Source of the DNA: Escherichia coli
GTDB lineage: Bacteria > Pseudomonadota > Gammaproteobacteria > Enterobacterales > Enterobacteriaceae
Strand: one strand, 5' to 3'
DNA: 64,000 bases
Assembly: GCF_003018255.1 (NCBI RefSeq)
Contig: NZ_CP027440.1
In this document: positions 29,429 through 39,044 of the stretch, piece after piece
Position numbering within the stretch: position 1 is the first letter of the stretch
How the letters are laid out: the number at the start of each line of letters is the position of its first letter
Notes under the pieces: generated by a model
Told to the model about the DNA's origin: nothing
The model's database searches: none
What the model saw: the letters and a program-made list of their open reading frames with translations, nothing else
Position numbers and translations under genes: made by a program

Positions 29429-30811
29429 ATGAAAGAAAACAATAGCCGCCGTGAGTTTCTGAGCCAGAGCGGTAAGATGGTCACCGCCGCCGCGCTGTTT
29501 GGTACCTCTGTGCCGCTCGCCCATGCGGCAGTCTCTGGCACAATCCATTGCGACGCGAATAACACCATGAAAATCACTGACCCGCACTACTATCTCGACA
29601 ACGTGTTGCTGGAAACCGGTTTTGACTACGAAAATGGCGTGGCGGTGCAGACCCGCACGGCGCGCCAGACTGTGGAAATTCAGAACGGCAAAATTGTTGC
29701 CCTGCGCGAGAACAATCAGCATCCGGACGCCACGCTGCCGCACTATGACGCTGGCGGTAAGCTGATGCTGCCCACCACCCGCGACATGCATATTCATCTC
29801 GACAAAACCTTCTATGGCGGGCCGTGGCGCTCGCTCAATCGTCCGGCAGGCACCACCATCCAGGACATGATCAAACTCGAGCAGAAAATGCTGCCGGAGT
29901 TGCAACCGTACACTCAGGAAAGGGCGGAAAAACTGATTGATTTATTGCAGTCGAAAGGCACTACCATTGCCCGCAGCCACTGCAATATCGAACCGGTTTC
30001 CGGCCTGAAAAATCTGCAAAATTTGCAGGCGGTTCTGGCGCGACGTCAGGCGGGCTTCGAGTGTGAAATTGTCGCCTTCCCGCAGCACGGTTTGCTGCTG
30101 TCGAAATCAGAACCCTTAATGCGCGAAGCGATGCAGGCGGGGGCGCATTACGTCGGCGGGCTGGACCCGACCAGTGTTGATGGCGCGATGGAAAAATCCC
30201 TCGACACCATGTTCCAGATTGCGCTGGACTACGACAAAGGCGTCGATATTCACCTGCACGAAACCACTCCGGCAGGCGTGGCAGCCATCAATTATATGGT
30301 TGAAACGGTAGAGAAAACGCCACAGCTGAAGGGCAAGCTGACCATCAGCCACGCCTTCGCGCTGGCAACGCTCAACGAACAACAGGTAGATGAACTGGCG
30401 CACCGGATGGCGGCGCAGCAAATTTCTATCGCCTCGACGGTGCCGATTGGCACGCTACATATGCCGCTCAAACAGTTGCACGACAAAGGCGTAAAAGTGA
30501 TGACTGGCACCGACAGCGTTATCGACCACTGGTCGCCTTACGGCCTGGGCGACATGCTGGAAAAAGCCAATCTGTACGCGCAGCTCTATATTCGCCCTAA
30601 CGAACAGAATTTGTCCCGTTCGCTGTTTTTAGCCACTGGCGATGTATTGCCGCTGAATGAAAAAGGCGAGCGCGTGTGGCCCAAAGCGCAGGATGACGCC
30701 AGTTTTGTGCTGGTGGACGCCTCCTGTTCCGCCGAGGCGGTGGCGCGTATCTCGCCGAGAACGGCGACGTTCCATAAAGGGCAACTGGTGTGGGGGAGTG
30801 TGGCAGGTTGA
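29429..30811 (+). CDS. yahJ: amidohydrolase-superfamily deaminase with twin-arginine (Tat) signal peptide
   Basis: 460-aa ORF; N-terminus SRREFLSQSGKMVTAAALFGTSVPLAHA fits the Tat consensus; metal-binding HxH motif (HIHLD). Confidence 0.85.
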   Translation: MKENNSRREFLSQSGKMVTAAALFGTSVPLAHAAVSGTIHCDANNTMKITDPHYYLDNVLLETGFDYENGVAVQTRTARQTVEIQNGKIVALRENNQHPDATLPHYDAGGKLMLPTTRDMHIHLDKTFYGGPWRSLNRPAGTTIQDMIKLEQKMLPELQPYTQERAEKLIDLLQSKGTTIARSHCNIEPVSGLKNLQNLQAVLARRQAGFECEIVAFPQHGLLLSKSEPLMREAMQAGAHYVGGLDPTSVDGAMEKSLDTMFQIALDYDKGVDIHLHETTPAGVAAINYMVETVEKTPQLKGKLTISHAFALATLNEQQVDELAHRMAAQQISIASTVPIGTLHMPLKQLHDKGVKVMTGTDSVIDHWSPYGLGDMLEKANLYAQLYIRPNEQNLSRSLFLATGDVLPLNEKGERVWPKAQDDASFVLVDASCSAEAVARISPRTATFHKGQLVWGSVAG

Positions 30812-31109
30812 TACGCATTTGAAACGCCTGCAACGGTGAACAGTAATATATTTAAGCCCCAGGGAGTGGGGCGACAATGGTTTGCTAATGAATGATCCTG
30901 AACTTTATAATCTCCAGGCATAATTTCCAGGGGATTATTTGAGAGAAATACACAAAAGTGAGTTTTAACAAAGGTATTTATCAAGCCATAAATGTGACCT
31001 GCTTCGGATAAAAAAGATTAAGTATCGAAAAACCAATGATCCTCTTGCTGATGGTTATCAACAGTAATTAAGATGTGATTTGTTTTTCCGTAATCGCGAA
31101 AATATTGCC

Positions 31110-31520
31110 ATGACCATAAAAGAAAAAATCTCACAAAAATATCCCCATGCTTCCTTTTGTACTTTTGGCGATTCAGCAGCGTTGGCCGATCACCTCGCAA
31201 CGTTGATTGCGACTGGTGTTAAAACAGCTTCCTGTGGTTCGCTGGCGGGATGTATTGAAGACAACGCATTTCCGCTGATTGGTGAGTATAAGATTGTAGA
31301 AAATAGCCGTGGTGAGCCTGTCTGTGTTATCAGAGTGATTGGCCTGCATTTACTGCGCTTTTCTGATGTCTCCGCGGAGCTTGCCCGTAAGGAAGGTGAA
31401 GGTAACCTCAGTCTTGAATATTGGCGTAATGAACACCGTCGTTTTTTCCAGGCAGAAGGATGCTATTCACCCGAAATGGACGTTATCTTTGAAGAATATG
31501 CCCTTATTGACGTTGTGTAG
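31110..31520 (+). CDS. small PUA/ASCH-like domain protein (putative)
   Basis: ORF 31080..31520 (TTG); ATG at 31110 gives 136 aa; G-x-K-T motif (GVKTASCGS) reminiscent of ASCH domains; assignment tentative. Confidence 0.45.
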   Translation: MTIKEKISQKYPHASFCTFGDSAALADHLATLIATGVKTASCGSLAGCIEDNAFPLIGEYKIVENSRGEPVCVIRVIGLHLLRFSDVSAELARKEGEGNLSLEYWRNEHRRFFQAEGCYSPEMDVIFEEYALIDVV

Positions 31521-31770
31521 ATAACTATTTTTCTACGCGAAATAAGCTCTCAAACATAAAGTATCGCTAATTTTGTTTATTTTGCTATTTTTTACGTGAT
31601 GATTGTCACACTTATTGTTACTGCCCGTTTTGTCCATATTTATAACCAAATTTTTAATAGCTGCCTGAAATAGGGCTGTTTATTCTGCATAAAAATATTC
31701 GAAAATTCTTATTCTCTCCAGCGCGCTAATTTGGGCGAACACTTCCTGACTACCCTGCAATGAGGCTGAA

Positions 31771-32757
31771 ATGATGAATAAACGTTTTGTTATCAATATG
31801 GTGTCTTCGCTGTTATTAGGCGCTGCGCTAATTTCTGCGCCGCTCCAGGCAGCGGAAAAAGTCGTGGTGAATATCTCTAAAGTCGATGGTATGCCGTGGT
31901 TTAATCGCATGGGCGAAGGTGTGGTTGAGGCGGGTAAAGCCTTTGGTGTTAATGCGTCACAGGTGGGGCCTTCAAGTACTGATGCTCCGCAACAGGTTAA
32001 AATTATTGAGGATTTAATCGCCCGTAAGGTTAATGCAATTACAATTGTGCCAAACGATGCCAACGTGCTGGAACCGGTATTCAAAAAAGCGCGAGATGCC
32101 GGAATTGTGGTTCTGACCAACGAATCCCCCGGTCAGCCAAGTGCTAACTGGGATATCGAAATCATTGATAACGAAAAATTTGCCGCTGAATATGTTGAAC
32201 ATATGGCGAAACGCATGGGTGGCAAGGGCGGCTATGTGATTTACGTGGGTAGTTTGACCGTGCCGCAGCATAACTTATGGGCTGACTTGCTGGTGAAATA
32301 CCAGAAAGAGCATTACCCGGATATGCATGAAGTTACCCGCCGCATGCCGGTTGCCGAGAGTGTGGATGACTCACGTCGTACCACACTGGACCTGATGAAA
32401 ACCTATCCTGACTTGAAAGCGGTTGTCTCCTTTGGTTCAAACGGTCCGATTGGCGCGGGACGTGCAGTGAAAGAGAAACGGGCGAAAAATAAAGTCGCAG
32501 TCTATGGCATGATGATCCCTTCACAGGCGGCATCACTGATTAAAAGTGGTGATATCACCGAAGGGATTACTTACGATCCGGCCTCTGCAGGTTACGCACT
32601 CGCGGCCGTCGCCAGCACGTTGCTGAAGGGTGAAGAGATCAAACCTGGATTAGAAATGCAGAATCTCGGTAAGGCCGACGTAGATATGGATAAGCGAATT
32701 ATCCGTTTCCATAAGGTATTACTGGTCAACAAAGACAATATCGACTCACTTTATTAA
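31771..32757 (+). CDS. periplasmic sugar-binding protein of a CUT2 ABC transporter (LsrB/RbsB-like)
   Basis: 328-aa ORF with Sec signal peptide (MMNKRFVINMVSSLLLGAALISAPLQAAEK); type I periplasmic binding-protein fold; C-terminus LLVNKDNIDSLY resembles LsrB-type proteins. Confidence 0.8.
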   Translation: MMNKRFVINMVSSLLLGAALISAPLQAAEKVVVNISKVDGMPWFNRMGEGVVEAGKAFGVNASQVGPSSTDAPQQVKIIEDLIARKVNAITIVPNDANVLEPVFKKARDAGIVVLTNESPGQPSANWDIEIIDNEKFAAEYVEHMAKRMGGKGGYVIYVGSLTVPQHNLWADLLVKYQKEHYPDMHEVTRRMPVAESVDDSRRTTLDLMKTYPDLKAVVSFGSNGPIGAGRAVKEKRAKNKVAVYGMMIPSQAASLIKSGDITEGITYDPASAGYALAAVASTLLKGEEIKPGLEMQNLGKADVDMDKRIIRFHKVLLVNKDNIDSLY

Positions 32758-32767
32758 TCCATTTCTT

Positions 32768-32792
32768 CGGGGCGAAAGCCCCGATTCTTATT
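32768..32792 (+). terminator. GNRA-loop hairpin plus U-tract between binding-protein and ATPase genes (candidate intra-operon attenuator)
   Basis: CGGGGC-GAAA-GCCCCG followed by ATTCTTATT. Confidence 0.5.
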
Positions 32793-32805
32793 GCCAGGGG
32801 ATGCT

Positions 32806-34290
32806 ATGGAAACCTTCCTTTCCCTTCGTCATATCAACAAAACGTTTCATGCCACGCGAGCGCTGCGCGATGTTTCTCTCGACTTTATGTCGGGTGAGGT
32901 GCACTGCCTTGCCGGGCAAAACGGCTGTGGTAAATCGACGTTGATTAAAATTATGTCCGGTGTTTATCGCCCGGATGAGGGGGCGGAAATTACGCTTGGT
33001 GGGAAAAACTGGTCAAAGCTGACACCCGCCGCTTCGGTGGCGCAGGGGATTCAGGTGATTTATCAGGACCTCTCTTTATTTCCTAACCTGAGTGTCTGGG
33101 AGAATATCGCCGTGAATCACTATCACCACGGTCTGTTTGTTAACCGCCGTCGTCTGCGTGAGGTGGCGCAGGCGGCAATGACCAGTATTAACGTCACATT
33201 GCCACTGGATACGCTCGTTTCTGAGCTTTCAATTGCCCGCTGTCAGCTGGTGGCAATTTGCCGTGCACTGGCGCAGGACGCACGGTTGATCGTGATGGAT
33301 GAACCAACCGCTTCGCTGACCCATCAGGAAGTGCAAGGGTTATTACAGGTGGTGCATCAATTGCGGGAACGCGGGATCTGCGTGGTCTTCGTCAGTCATC
33401 GTCTGGAAGAAGTGATGGAAGTTTCCGACCGTATTTCAGTGCTGAAAGATGGTGAGCTGGTCGGGACCTTTCCGGCCGCAGAGATGACCACAAAACAACT
33501 CAGTTTTCTGATGACCGGCCAGGAGTTCGAATATCAGGTACGAGAGTTGTGGCAGGGAAAATCCAGCACCCCGGTGCTGGAGGTGCGTAATTTAAGTCGT
33601 CATGGGGAATATCAAAATATTAACTTGCGGGTGGAAGCGGGCGAAGTGGTGTCGATTGTTGGCCTGCTTGGTGCGGGGCGCACGGAATTATGTCTGAGTC
33701 TGTTTGGTATGACCCGACCGGATGCTGGTGAGATCCTCATCAACGGTCAGCCGGTTACACTGCATAGTAACCAGGACGCCATCCGCCACGGTATTGGTTA
33801 TGTTTCGGAAGATCGCATGTCGCGCGGTTTGGTGATGGCGCAATCTATTGAAGACAACATCATTAGCACTGTTTTTCACAAGGTAAAAGATCGCTTCGGC
33901 TTTCTGAGTGAAGCTAAAGTGCGTGACCTGGTGGACAGGCTAATCAAGGCATTGACCATCAAAGTCTCTGACCCACATCTCCCGGTGAATACGCTTTCCG
34001 GGGGTAACGCGCAGCGAGTATCGATCGCCAAATGGCTGGCGATTGGGCCACGACTGTTGATTCTCGATAGCCCGACTGTCGGTGTTGATATCGCCAACAA
34101 AGCAGGAATATACGGCATTATCAGCGATCTGGCGGCTCATGGCATTGCGGTATTGATGATCTGCGATGAAATTGAAGAAGCGTGGTATCAAAGCCACCGG
34201 ATTTTGGTAATGCAAAAAGGTCAGATCACCCATAGCTTCCTGCCTGACAGCAGTTCTCAGGCCAGGATTGCGGAGGTGGTAAATGGCTGA
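32806..34290 (+). CDS. sugar ABC transporter ATP-binding protein with duplicated ABC domains (RbsA-like)
   Basis: ORF 32791..34290; ATG at 32806; Walker A GQNGCGKST in the first half and degenerate GLLGAGRTE in the second half; LSGG signatures. Confidence 0.85.
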   Translation: METFLSLRHINKTFHATRALRDVSLDFMSGEVHCLAGQNGCGKSTLIKIMSGVYRPDEGAEITLGGKNWSKLTPAASVAQGIQVIYQDLSLFPNLSVWENIAVNHYHHGLFVNRRRLREVAQAAMTSINVTLPLDTLVSELSIARCQLVAICRALAQDARLIVMDEPTASLTHQEVQGLLQVVHQLRERGICVVFVSHRLEEVMEVSDRISVLKDGELVGTFPAAEMTTKQLSFLMTGQEFEYQVRELWQGKSSTPVLEVRNLSRHGEYQNINLRVEAGEVVSIVGLLGAGRTELCLSLFGMTRPDAGEILINGQPVTLHSNQDAIRHGIGYVSEDRMSRGLVMAQSIEDNIISTVFHKVKDRFGFLSEAKVRDLVDRLIKALTIKVSDPHLPVNTLSGGNAQRVSIAKWLAIGPRLLILDSPTVGVDIANKAGIYGIISDLAAHGIAVLMICDEIEEAWYQSHRILVMQKGQITHSFLPDSSSQARIAEVVNG

Positions 34291-35254
34291 ACTGAAAAAA
34301 CGCCATGAATTCTGGCTGGCATTACTGATTGTGGTGCTGTTTGTTGGCCTTGCCTGGCGCAGCGACGAGTTTCTGACATTCGGTAATTTGTACGATCTCG
34401 CCAATAACTATGCCATGTTGACTATTCTCGCCTGTGGTTTGTTTGTGGTGTTAATTTCCGGTGGGATTGATATTTCGTTTCCGGCAATGACCATCATTGC
34501 GCAATACGGCATGGTGCTGTTGCTGCAAAAAATTGGTGGCAACTTTGCTGTTGCGTTTGCCCTGGCGGGCGGCATCGGCATTTTACTTGGCTTAATTAAC
34601 GCCTTACTGGTTAATCGCCTACGGGTGCCTTCTATCATCATCACTATCTCGACGCTGAATATTTTCTATGGCCTGCTGTTATGGTTGAGTAAAGGTGTGT
34701 GGCTGTACGACTTTCCGCCGTGGTTTGAGCAGGGGGTTATGTTGTTCAAGTACACCGATGCTGATGGCTATGACTATGGCCTTGGTCTACCGCTGATCGC
34801 CATGATTACGGTGGTGCTGCTAACAGCGTTTATCATGAATTTCACCAGTGTAGGGCGCAAAATTTATGCCCTTGGCGGGAACCGTGAATCCGCCAGTCGC
34901 ATCGGCTTTAGTGTGCTGAAACTGCAACTTTTCGTCTATGGCTATATGGGATTGATGTCTGGTGCTGCGGGTGTAGTGCAGTCGTGGACGGTGATGACTG
35001 TCGCCCCCGATTCTCTTCTGGGTTATGAGCTGACAGTACTGGCTGCGGTGGTGCTTGGCGGCACTAGTTTGCTCGGCGGGCGCGGCACGTTAACCGGTAC
35101 TTTGCTCGGCGTGGTGTTGTTGGCAGTGATGCAAAACGGGCTAAATTTATTGGGAGTCTCGTCTTACTGGCAAACATTGATCACCGGCATCATCATCGTT
35201 GCCAGCATTAGCGCCACGGCGTGGAGTCAGCATCAGAACCGGAGTCTGCTATGA
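34283..35254 (+). CDS. ABC transporter permease (RbsC/LsrC-like)
   Basis: 323-aa polytopic membrane protein; start overlaps the ATPase stop by 8 nt. Confidence 0.8.
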   Translation: MAELKKRHEFWLALLIVVLFVGLAWRSDEFLTFGNLYDLANNYAMLTILACGLFVVLISGGIDISFPAMTIIAQYGMVLLLQKIGGNFAVAFALAGGIGILLGLINALLVNRLRVPSIIITISTLNIFYGLLLWLSKGVWLYDFPPWFEQGVMLFKYTDADGYDYGLGLPLIAMITVVLLTAFIMNFTSVGRKIYALGGNRESASRIGFSVLKLQLFVYGYMGLMSGAAGVVQSWTVMTVAPDSLLGYELTVLAAVVLGGTSLLGGRGTLTGTLLGVVLLAVMQNGLNLLGVSSYWQTLITGIIIVASISATAWSQHQNRSLL

Positions 35255-36207
35255 AAAAATCGTGGCGTAACAACGTTGAGTTTTACTTGATCGGCCTGCT
35301 GGTGCTAACTGTTGCAGCCTTCAGCATTACTATGCCGGAGATTTTCTGGTCGATAAGTAATTTCCAGTCCGTCGCTTCGCAAATGCCCGTGCTGGGCATT
35401 CTGGCGTTGGCTATGGCGGTGACCATGCTTTGCGGTGGCATTAACTTGTCAATTATAGCCACTGCTAACGCCTGTTCACTGGTGATGGCGTGGGTGGCGA
35501 CTCAGTATCCACCGGGTATTGCTACGGTTGTCGCTACGCTGCTGGCGGGCGCTGGCGCGGCGGTGATAATCGGTTTATGTAACGGCGTATTGATTGCTGG
35601 TATTCGAGTGTCGCCAATTCTTGCAACACTCGGGATGATGACGTTGCTCAAAGGGGTAAATATTCTGGTGACAGGCGGTAGCGCCATTGCCAATTATCCC
35701 TCATGGGTGCTGTGGTTGAATCATGCACAGTGGTTCGGTATTCCGCTACCGATGTGGTTGTTTACCGCAGTGGCGCTGGGGCTGTGGATATTGCTGGAGA
35801 AAACGCCGCTCGGTAAATCCATTTATCTGATTGGTTCTAACGAACGAGCAACACTTTACTCCGGTATTAACACTCGTCGGGTGCTGATATGGGTGTATGT
35901 CATTTCCGCCTTGCTTTGTGCGGTAGCGGCATTTTTGATGATGTCGAAACTCAACTCGGCTAAGGCCTCTTATGGCGAATCGTACTTGCTGGTGTCAATC
36001 CTCGCGGCAGTACTCGGCGGGGTTAATCCGGACGGCGGCAGCGGGCGGATAATTGGTATGGTGCTGGCGCTGTTTCTTCTGCAAATTATTGAAAGCGGCT
36101 TCAATATTCTCGGTATAAGCCCCTACCTGACGATGGCCTTATGGGGAACGTTGCTGCTCTGTTTCATTCAGGCTCGCGGCATGTTAGGGCTGGATCGGGT
36201 GGTTTAA
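35251..36207 (+). CDS. ABC transporter permease (RbsC/LsrD-like)
   Basis: ORF 35221..36207; ATG at 35251 overlaps the upstream stop (ATGA); 318 aa, polytopic. Confidence 0.8.
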   Translation: MKKSWRNNVEFYLIGLLVLTVAAFSITMPEIFWSISNFQSVASQMPVLGILALAMAVTMLCGGINLSIIATANACSLVMAWVATQYPPGIATVVATLLAGAGAAVIIGLCNGVLIAGIRVSPILATLGMMTLLKGVNILVTGGSAIANYPSWVLWLNHAQWFGIPLPMWLFTAVALGLWILLEKTPLGKSIYLIGSNERATLYSGINTRRVLIWVYVISALLCAVAAFLMMSKLNSAKASYGESYLLVSILAAVLGGVNPDGGSGRIIGMVLALFLLQIIESGFNILGISPYLTMALWGTLLLCFIQARGMLGLDRVV

Positions 36208-36293
36208 ATATTGGCTATATTCAATGGACGCGTTTTGCCGCGATGACATATCAGGCATCGCCAAATACACATAGCTAATCAGGAGTAAACACA

Positions 36294-37343
36294 ATGAAGA
36301 TCAAAGCTGTTGGTGCATATTCCGCTAAACAACCACTTGAACCGATGGATATCACCCGGCGTGAACCGCGACCGCATGATGTCAAAATCGAAATCGCTTA
36401 CTGTGGCGTCTGCCATTCCGATCTCCACCAGGTCCGTTCGGAGTGGGCGGGGACGGTTTACCCCTGCGTGCCGGGTCATGAAATTGTGGGGCGCGTGGTA
36501 GCTGTTGGTGATCAGGTAGAAAAATATGCGCCGGGCGATCTGGTTGGTGTCGGCTGCATTGTCGACAGTTGTAAACATTGCGAAGAGTGTGAAGACGGGC
36601 TGGAAAACTACTGTGATCACATGACCGGCACCTATAACTCGCCGACGCCGGACGAACCGGGCCATACTCTGGGCGGCTACTCACAACAGATCGTCGTTCA
36701 TGAGCGATATGTTCTGCGTATTCGTCACCCGCAAGAGCACCTGGCGGCGGTGGCTCCTTTGTTGTGTGCAGGGATCACCACATACTCGCCGCTACGTCAC
36801 TGGCAGGCCGGGCCGGGTAAAAAAGTGGGCGTGGTCGGCATCGGCGGTCTGGGACATATGGGGATCAAGCTGGCCCACGCGATGGGGGCGCATGTGGTGG
36901 CATTTACCACTTCTGAGTCAAAACGCGAAGCGGCAAAAGCCCTGGGGGCCGATGAAGTTGTTAACTCACGCAATGCCGATGAGATGGCGGCTCATCTCAA
37001 GAGTTTCGATTTCATTTTGAATACAGTAGCTGCGCCACATAATCTCGACGATTTTACCACCTTGCTGAAGCGTGATGGCACCATGACGCTGGTTGGTGCG
37101 CCTGCGACACCGCATAAATCGCCGGAAGTTTTCAACCTGATCATGAAACGCCGCGCGATAGCCGGCTCTATGATTGGCGGCATTCCAGAAACACAGGAGA
37201 TGCTCGATTTTTGCGCCGAACATGGCATCGTGGCTGATATAGAGATGATTCGGGCCGATCAAATTAATGAAGCCTATGAGCGAATGCTGCGTGGTGATGT
37301 GAAATATCGTTTTGTTATCGATAATCGCACACTAACAGACTGA
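36294..37343 (+). CDS. yahK: NADPH-dependent aldehyde reductase, Zn-dependent ADH family
   Basis: 349 aa; zinc-ligand motifs GHEIVG and CxxCxxC (CKHCEECEDG), Rossmann GIGGLGHMG. Confidence 0.9.
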   Translation: MKIKAVGAYSAKQPLEPMDITRREPRPHDVKIEIAYCGVCHSDLHQVRSEWAGTVYPCVPGHEIVGRVVAVGDQVEKYAPGDLVGVGCIVDSCKHCEECEDGLENYCDHMTGTYNSPTPDEPGHTLGGYSQQIVVHERYVLRIRHPQEHLAAVAPLLCAGITTYSPLRHWQAGPGKKVGVVGIGGLGHMGIKLAHAMGAHVVAFTTSESKREAAKALGADEVVNSRNADEMAAHLKSFDFILNTVAAPHNLDDFTTLLKRDGTMTLVGAPATPHKSPEVFNLIMKRRAIAGSMIGGIPETQEMLDFCAEHGIVADIEMIRADQINEAYERMLRGDVKYRFVIDNRTLTD

Positions 37344-37778
37344 AAAAATTAATAAACATCCTGTGGTTTAACATATTAACTTCGCTCCACTTAACTTTTT
37401 AGTTAAGGAGAGCGAAATAATATCAAAGTAGTGGTAAACCTATAGCGTAAATTCAGATTGTTAAATTAACTCCACTACTTTACACGTTAGTTATGAGCGA
37501 TTTCTGATAGTGTCTGGTTTAATCAGAGCTTTATTATCTGCGACGTTTATTTTTATTTAATAGAGCCACCTGCAAGTTGTTATTCCACCAGAGAGTGAAT
37601 CGCAAAGCAGGTAATCATTTCATCTGTATATCTGTATGCCAACTGGCATTCCATCTCTTTTTTCGCCGATATTTTGTTGTGATCGGCGACACTTCGCTTA
37701 AAAAAGCATCAGCAGTGGTTTCGCAGCTATGCGGTGTATAAAAAATGATCTCATGCAGATGTTTTGTGAATGTGTGGG

Positions 37779-37806
37779 TTGACATTCATATGAAAAAAAT
37801 CATAAT
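37779..37806 (+). promoter_or_regulatory. near-consensus sigma70 promoter (TTGACA-16-CATAAT), probably yahM promoter
   Basis: TTGACA at 37779-37784, 16-bp spacer, CATAAT at 37801-37806. Confidence 0.5.
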
Positions 37807-37964
37807 TCCATCATGTTTGTGTGGGGTCTTTTCTGTATCTTACGCATCGCACTCAAGCCTGACAGAAAATATGCTGTAAGGCTCATATCAAAAACCGCCA
37901 TTAGCTCATCAGGAAGAGCAGACGACAACCAGGATTGTTGTATGGTACGGGGTTCGAGGCCTCG

Positions 37965-38210
37965 ATGGCGGTCCAGCTTTTCAAAACTCTTCTGAATCAG
38001 ATCCCCTTATTATCATTCCTGCAAAGTGGAACATTGCCATTGTTTGGCTATTCAGGACGGGTCAGACCAATGAAAAAAGCCCACACAGGGGAGAGTGGGC
38101 TGAAATGGGAAGCTAAAGACTCAAGTAAACTTATCGGAAATAAGGACCACGCATTACGGGGGCTATCATCGCCGATGGTCGGGATTCGGCAAATCAGGTT
38201 GATTACGTAG
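37965..38210 (+). CDS. yahM: small protein of unknown function
   Basis: ORF 37935..38210; ATG at 37965 gives 81 aa (MAVQLFKTLL...); ends 16 bp before the convergent yahN stop, matching the recalled K-12 arrangement. Confidence 0.55.
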   Translation: MAVQLFKTLLNQIPLLSFLQSGTLPLFGYSGRVRPMKKAHTGESGLKWEAKDSSKLIGNKDHALRGLSSPMVGIRQIRLIT

Positions 38211-38226
38211 AGAGTAAATTATCTGC

Positions 38227-38898
38227 TCACCGCTGCGTCACCCCTTCGTAAATCAGGCGTAGCGCGAATACACCAATAATTGCACCAATAACCCGACTGG
38301 CAACGCGTTGCATACGCCCATAAGCACGACGCACTGCGGGCAAAGAAAACGCCTGACTAAGAAAAACGCGCCAGATAACTGATGCGAGCACAATCCCCGC
38401 CCAGGCCATTAAACGTGCCCATGTTGGTGTTTCGGCATTTAATGTTACTGAGAAAATACTAATAAAAAATAAAACGGTTTGCGGGTTAGAGAGATCGGTA
38501 ATTAATCCGCGACGAAAAAAGACATACCAGGGGGCGTTAATCGGTTGTTGTAGTGTGCTCATTTGCGGTGTTGACTGGCGGCGCATGCTGCACCACGCAA
38601 ACCATAAGAGATAAGCGCCGCCGACGATTCTGATAAGCGAAAAAATCTCCTCACACTGCGTAATTAGCGTTGCAAGACCAAACAAACCCAACCCGGAATA
38701 AAATGCATCGCCCAGCGCCACGCCCAGTCCGGTCAGCACTCCTGCGCGTCGACCGGAAGCCAGGCTGGTTTGTACTACCACAAAGAGATTGGCTCCCGGA
38801 TTAAAAAAAGTAATCACGAACAGTCCTACGGTCAGGTAAACGGCGTGCAAAGGATCCATAGTGATTTCATCCATAAATAAGTGAACTAACTGCATCAT
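38227..38898 (-). CDS. yahN: LysE/RhtB-family amino acid exporter
   Basis: 223-aa membrane protein with LysE-type topology. Confidence 0.8.
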   Translation of the reverse strand: MMQLVHLFMDEITMDPLHAVYLTVGLFVITFFNPGANLFVVVQTSLASGRRAGVLTGLGVALGDAFYSGLGLFGLATLITQCEEIFSLIRIVGGAYLLWFAWCSMRRQSTPQMSTLQQPINAPWYVFFRRGLITDLSNPQTVLFFISIFSVTLNAETPTWARLMAWAGIVLASVIWRVFLSQAFSLPAVRRAYGRMQRVASRVIGAIIGVFALRLIYEGVTQR

Positions 38899-39044
38899 AT
38901 TTCTACGAAAAATAATCGGGTGCGAGAGAGATCACAAAGTGTCTTATTTCCGGTTACTGGCGTTTATGCCCTGACTGAACTAATTATTAATCAACCCAAT
39001 AATGTGGGTGGGTGATAGTGTGAAAACAACTCTGGAGCCGTAAT

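Noticed and set aside
29132-29905. 257-aa minus-strand ORF antisense to yahI/yahJ (similar long antisense ORFs inside yahG, prpC, prpE, betA, betB, mhpA and the autotransporter gene)
   Set aside because: Shadow ORFs on the strand opposite high-GC, well-supported coding regions; Arg/His-rich low-complexity translations without start context.
37813-37995. 60-aa plus-strand ORF starting just after the predicted sigma70 promoter
   Set aside because: No Shine-Dalgarno sequence, and it overlaps the better-supported yahM start in a different frame; more likely 5' leader.
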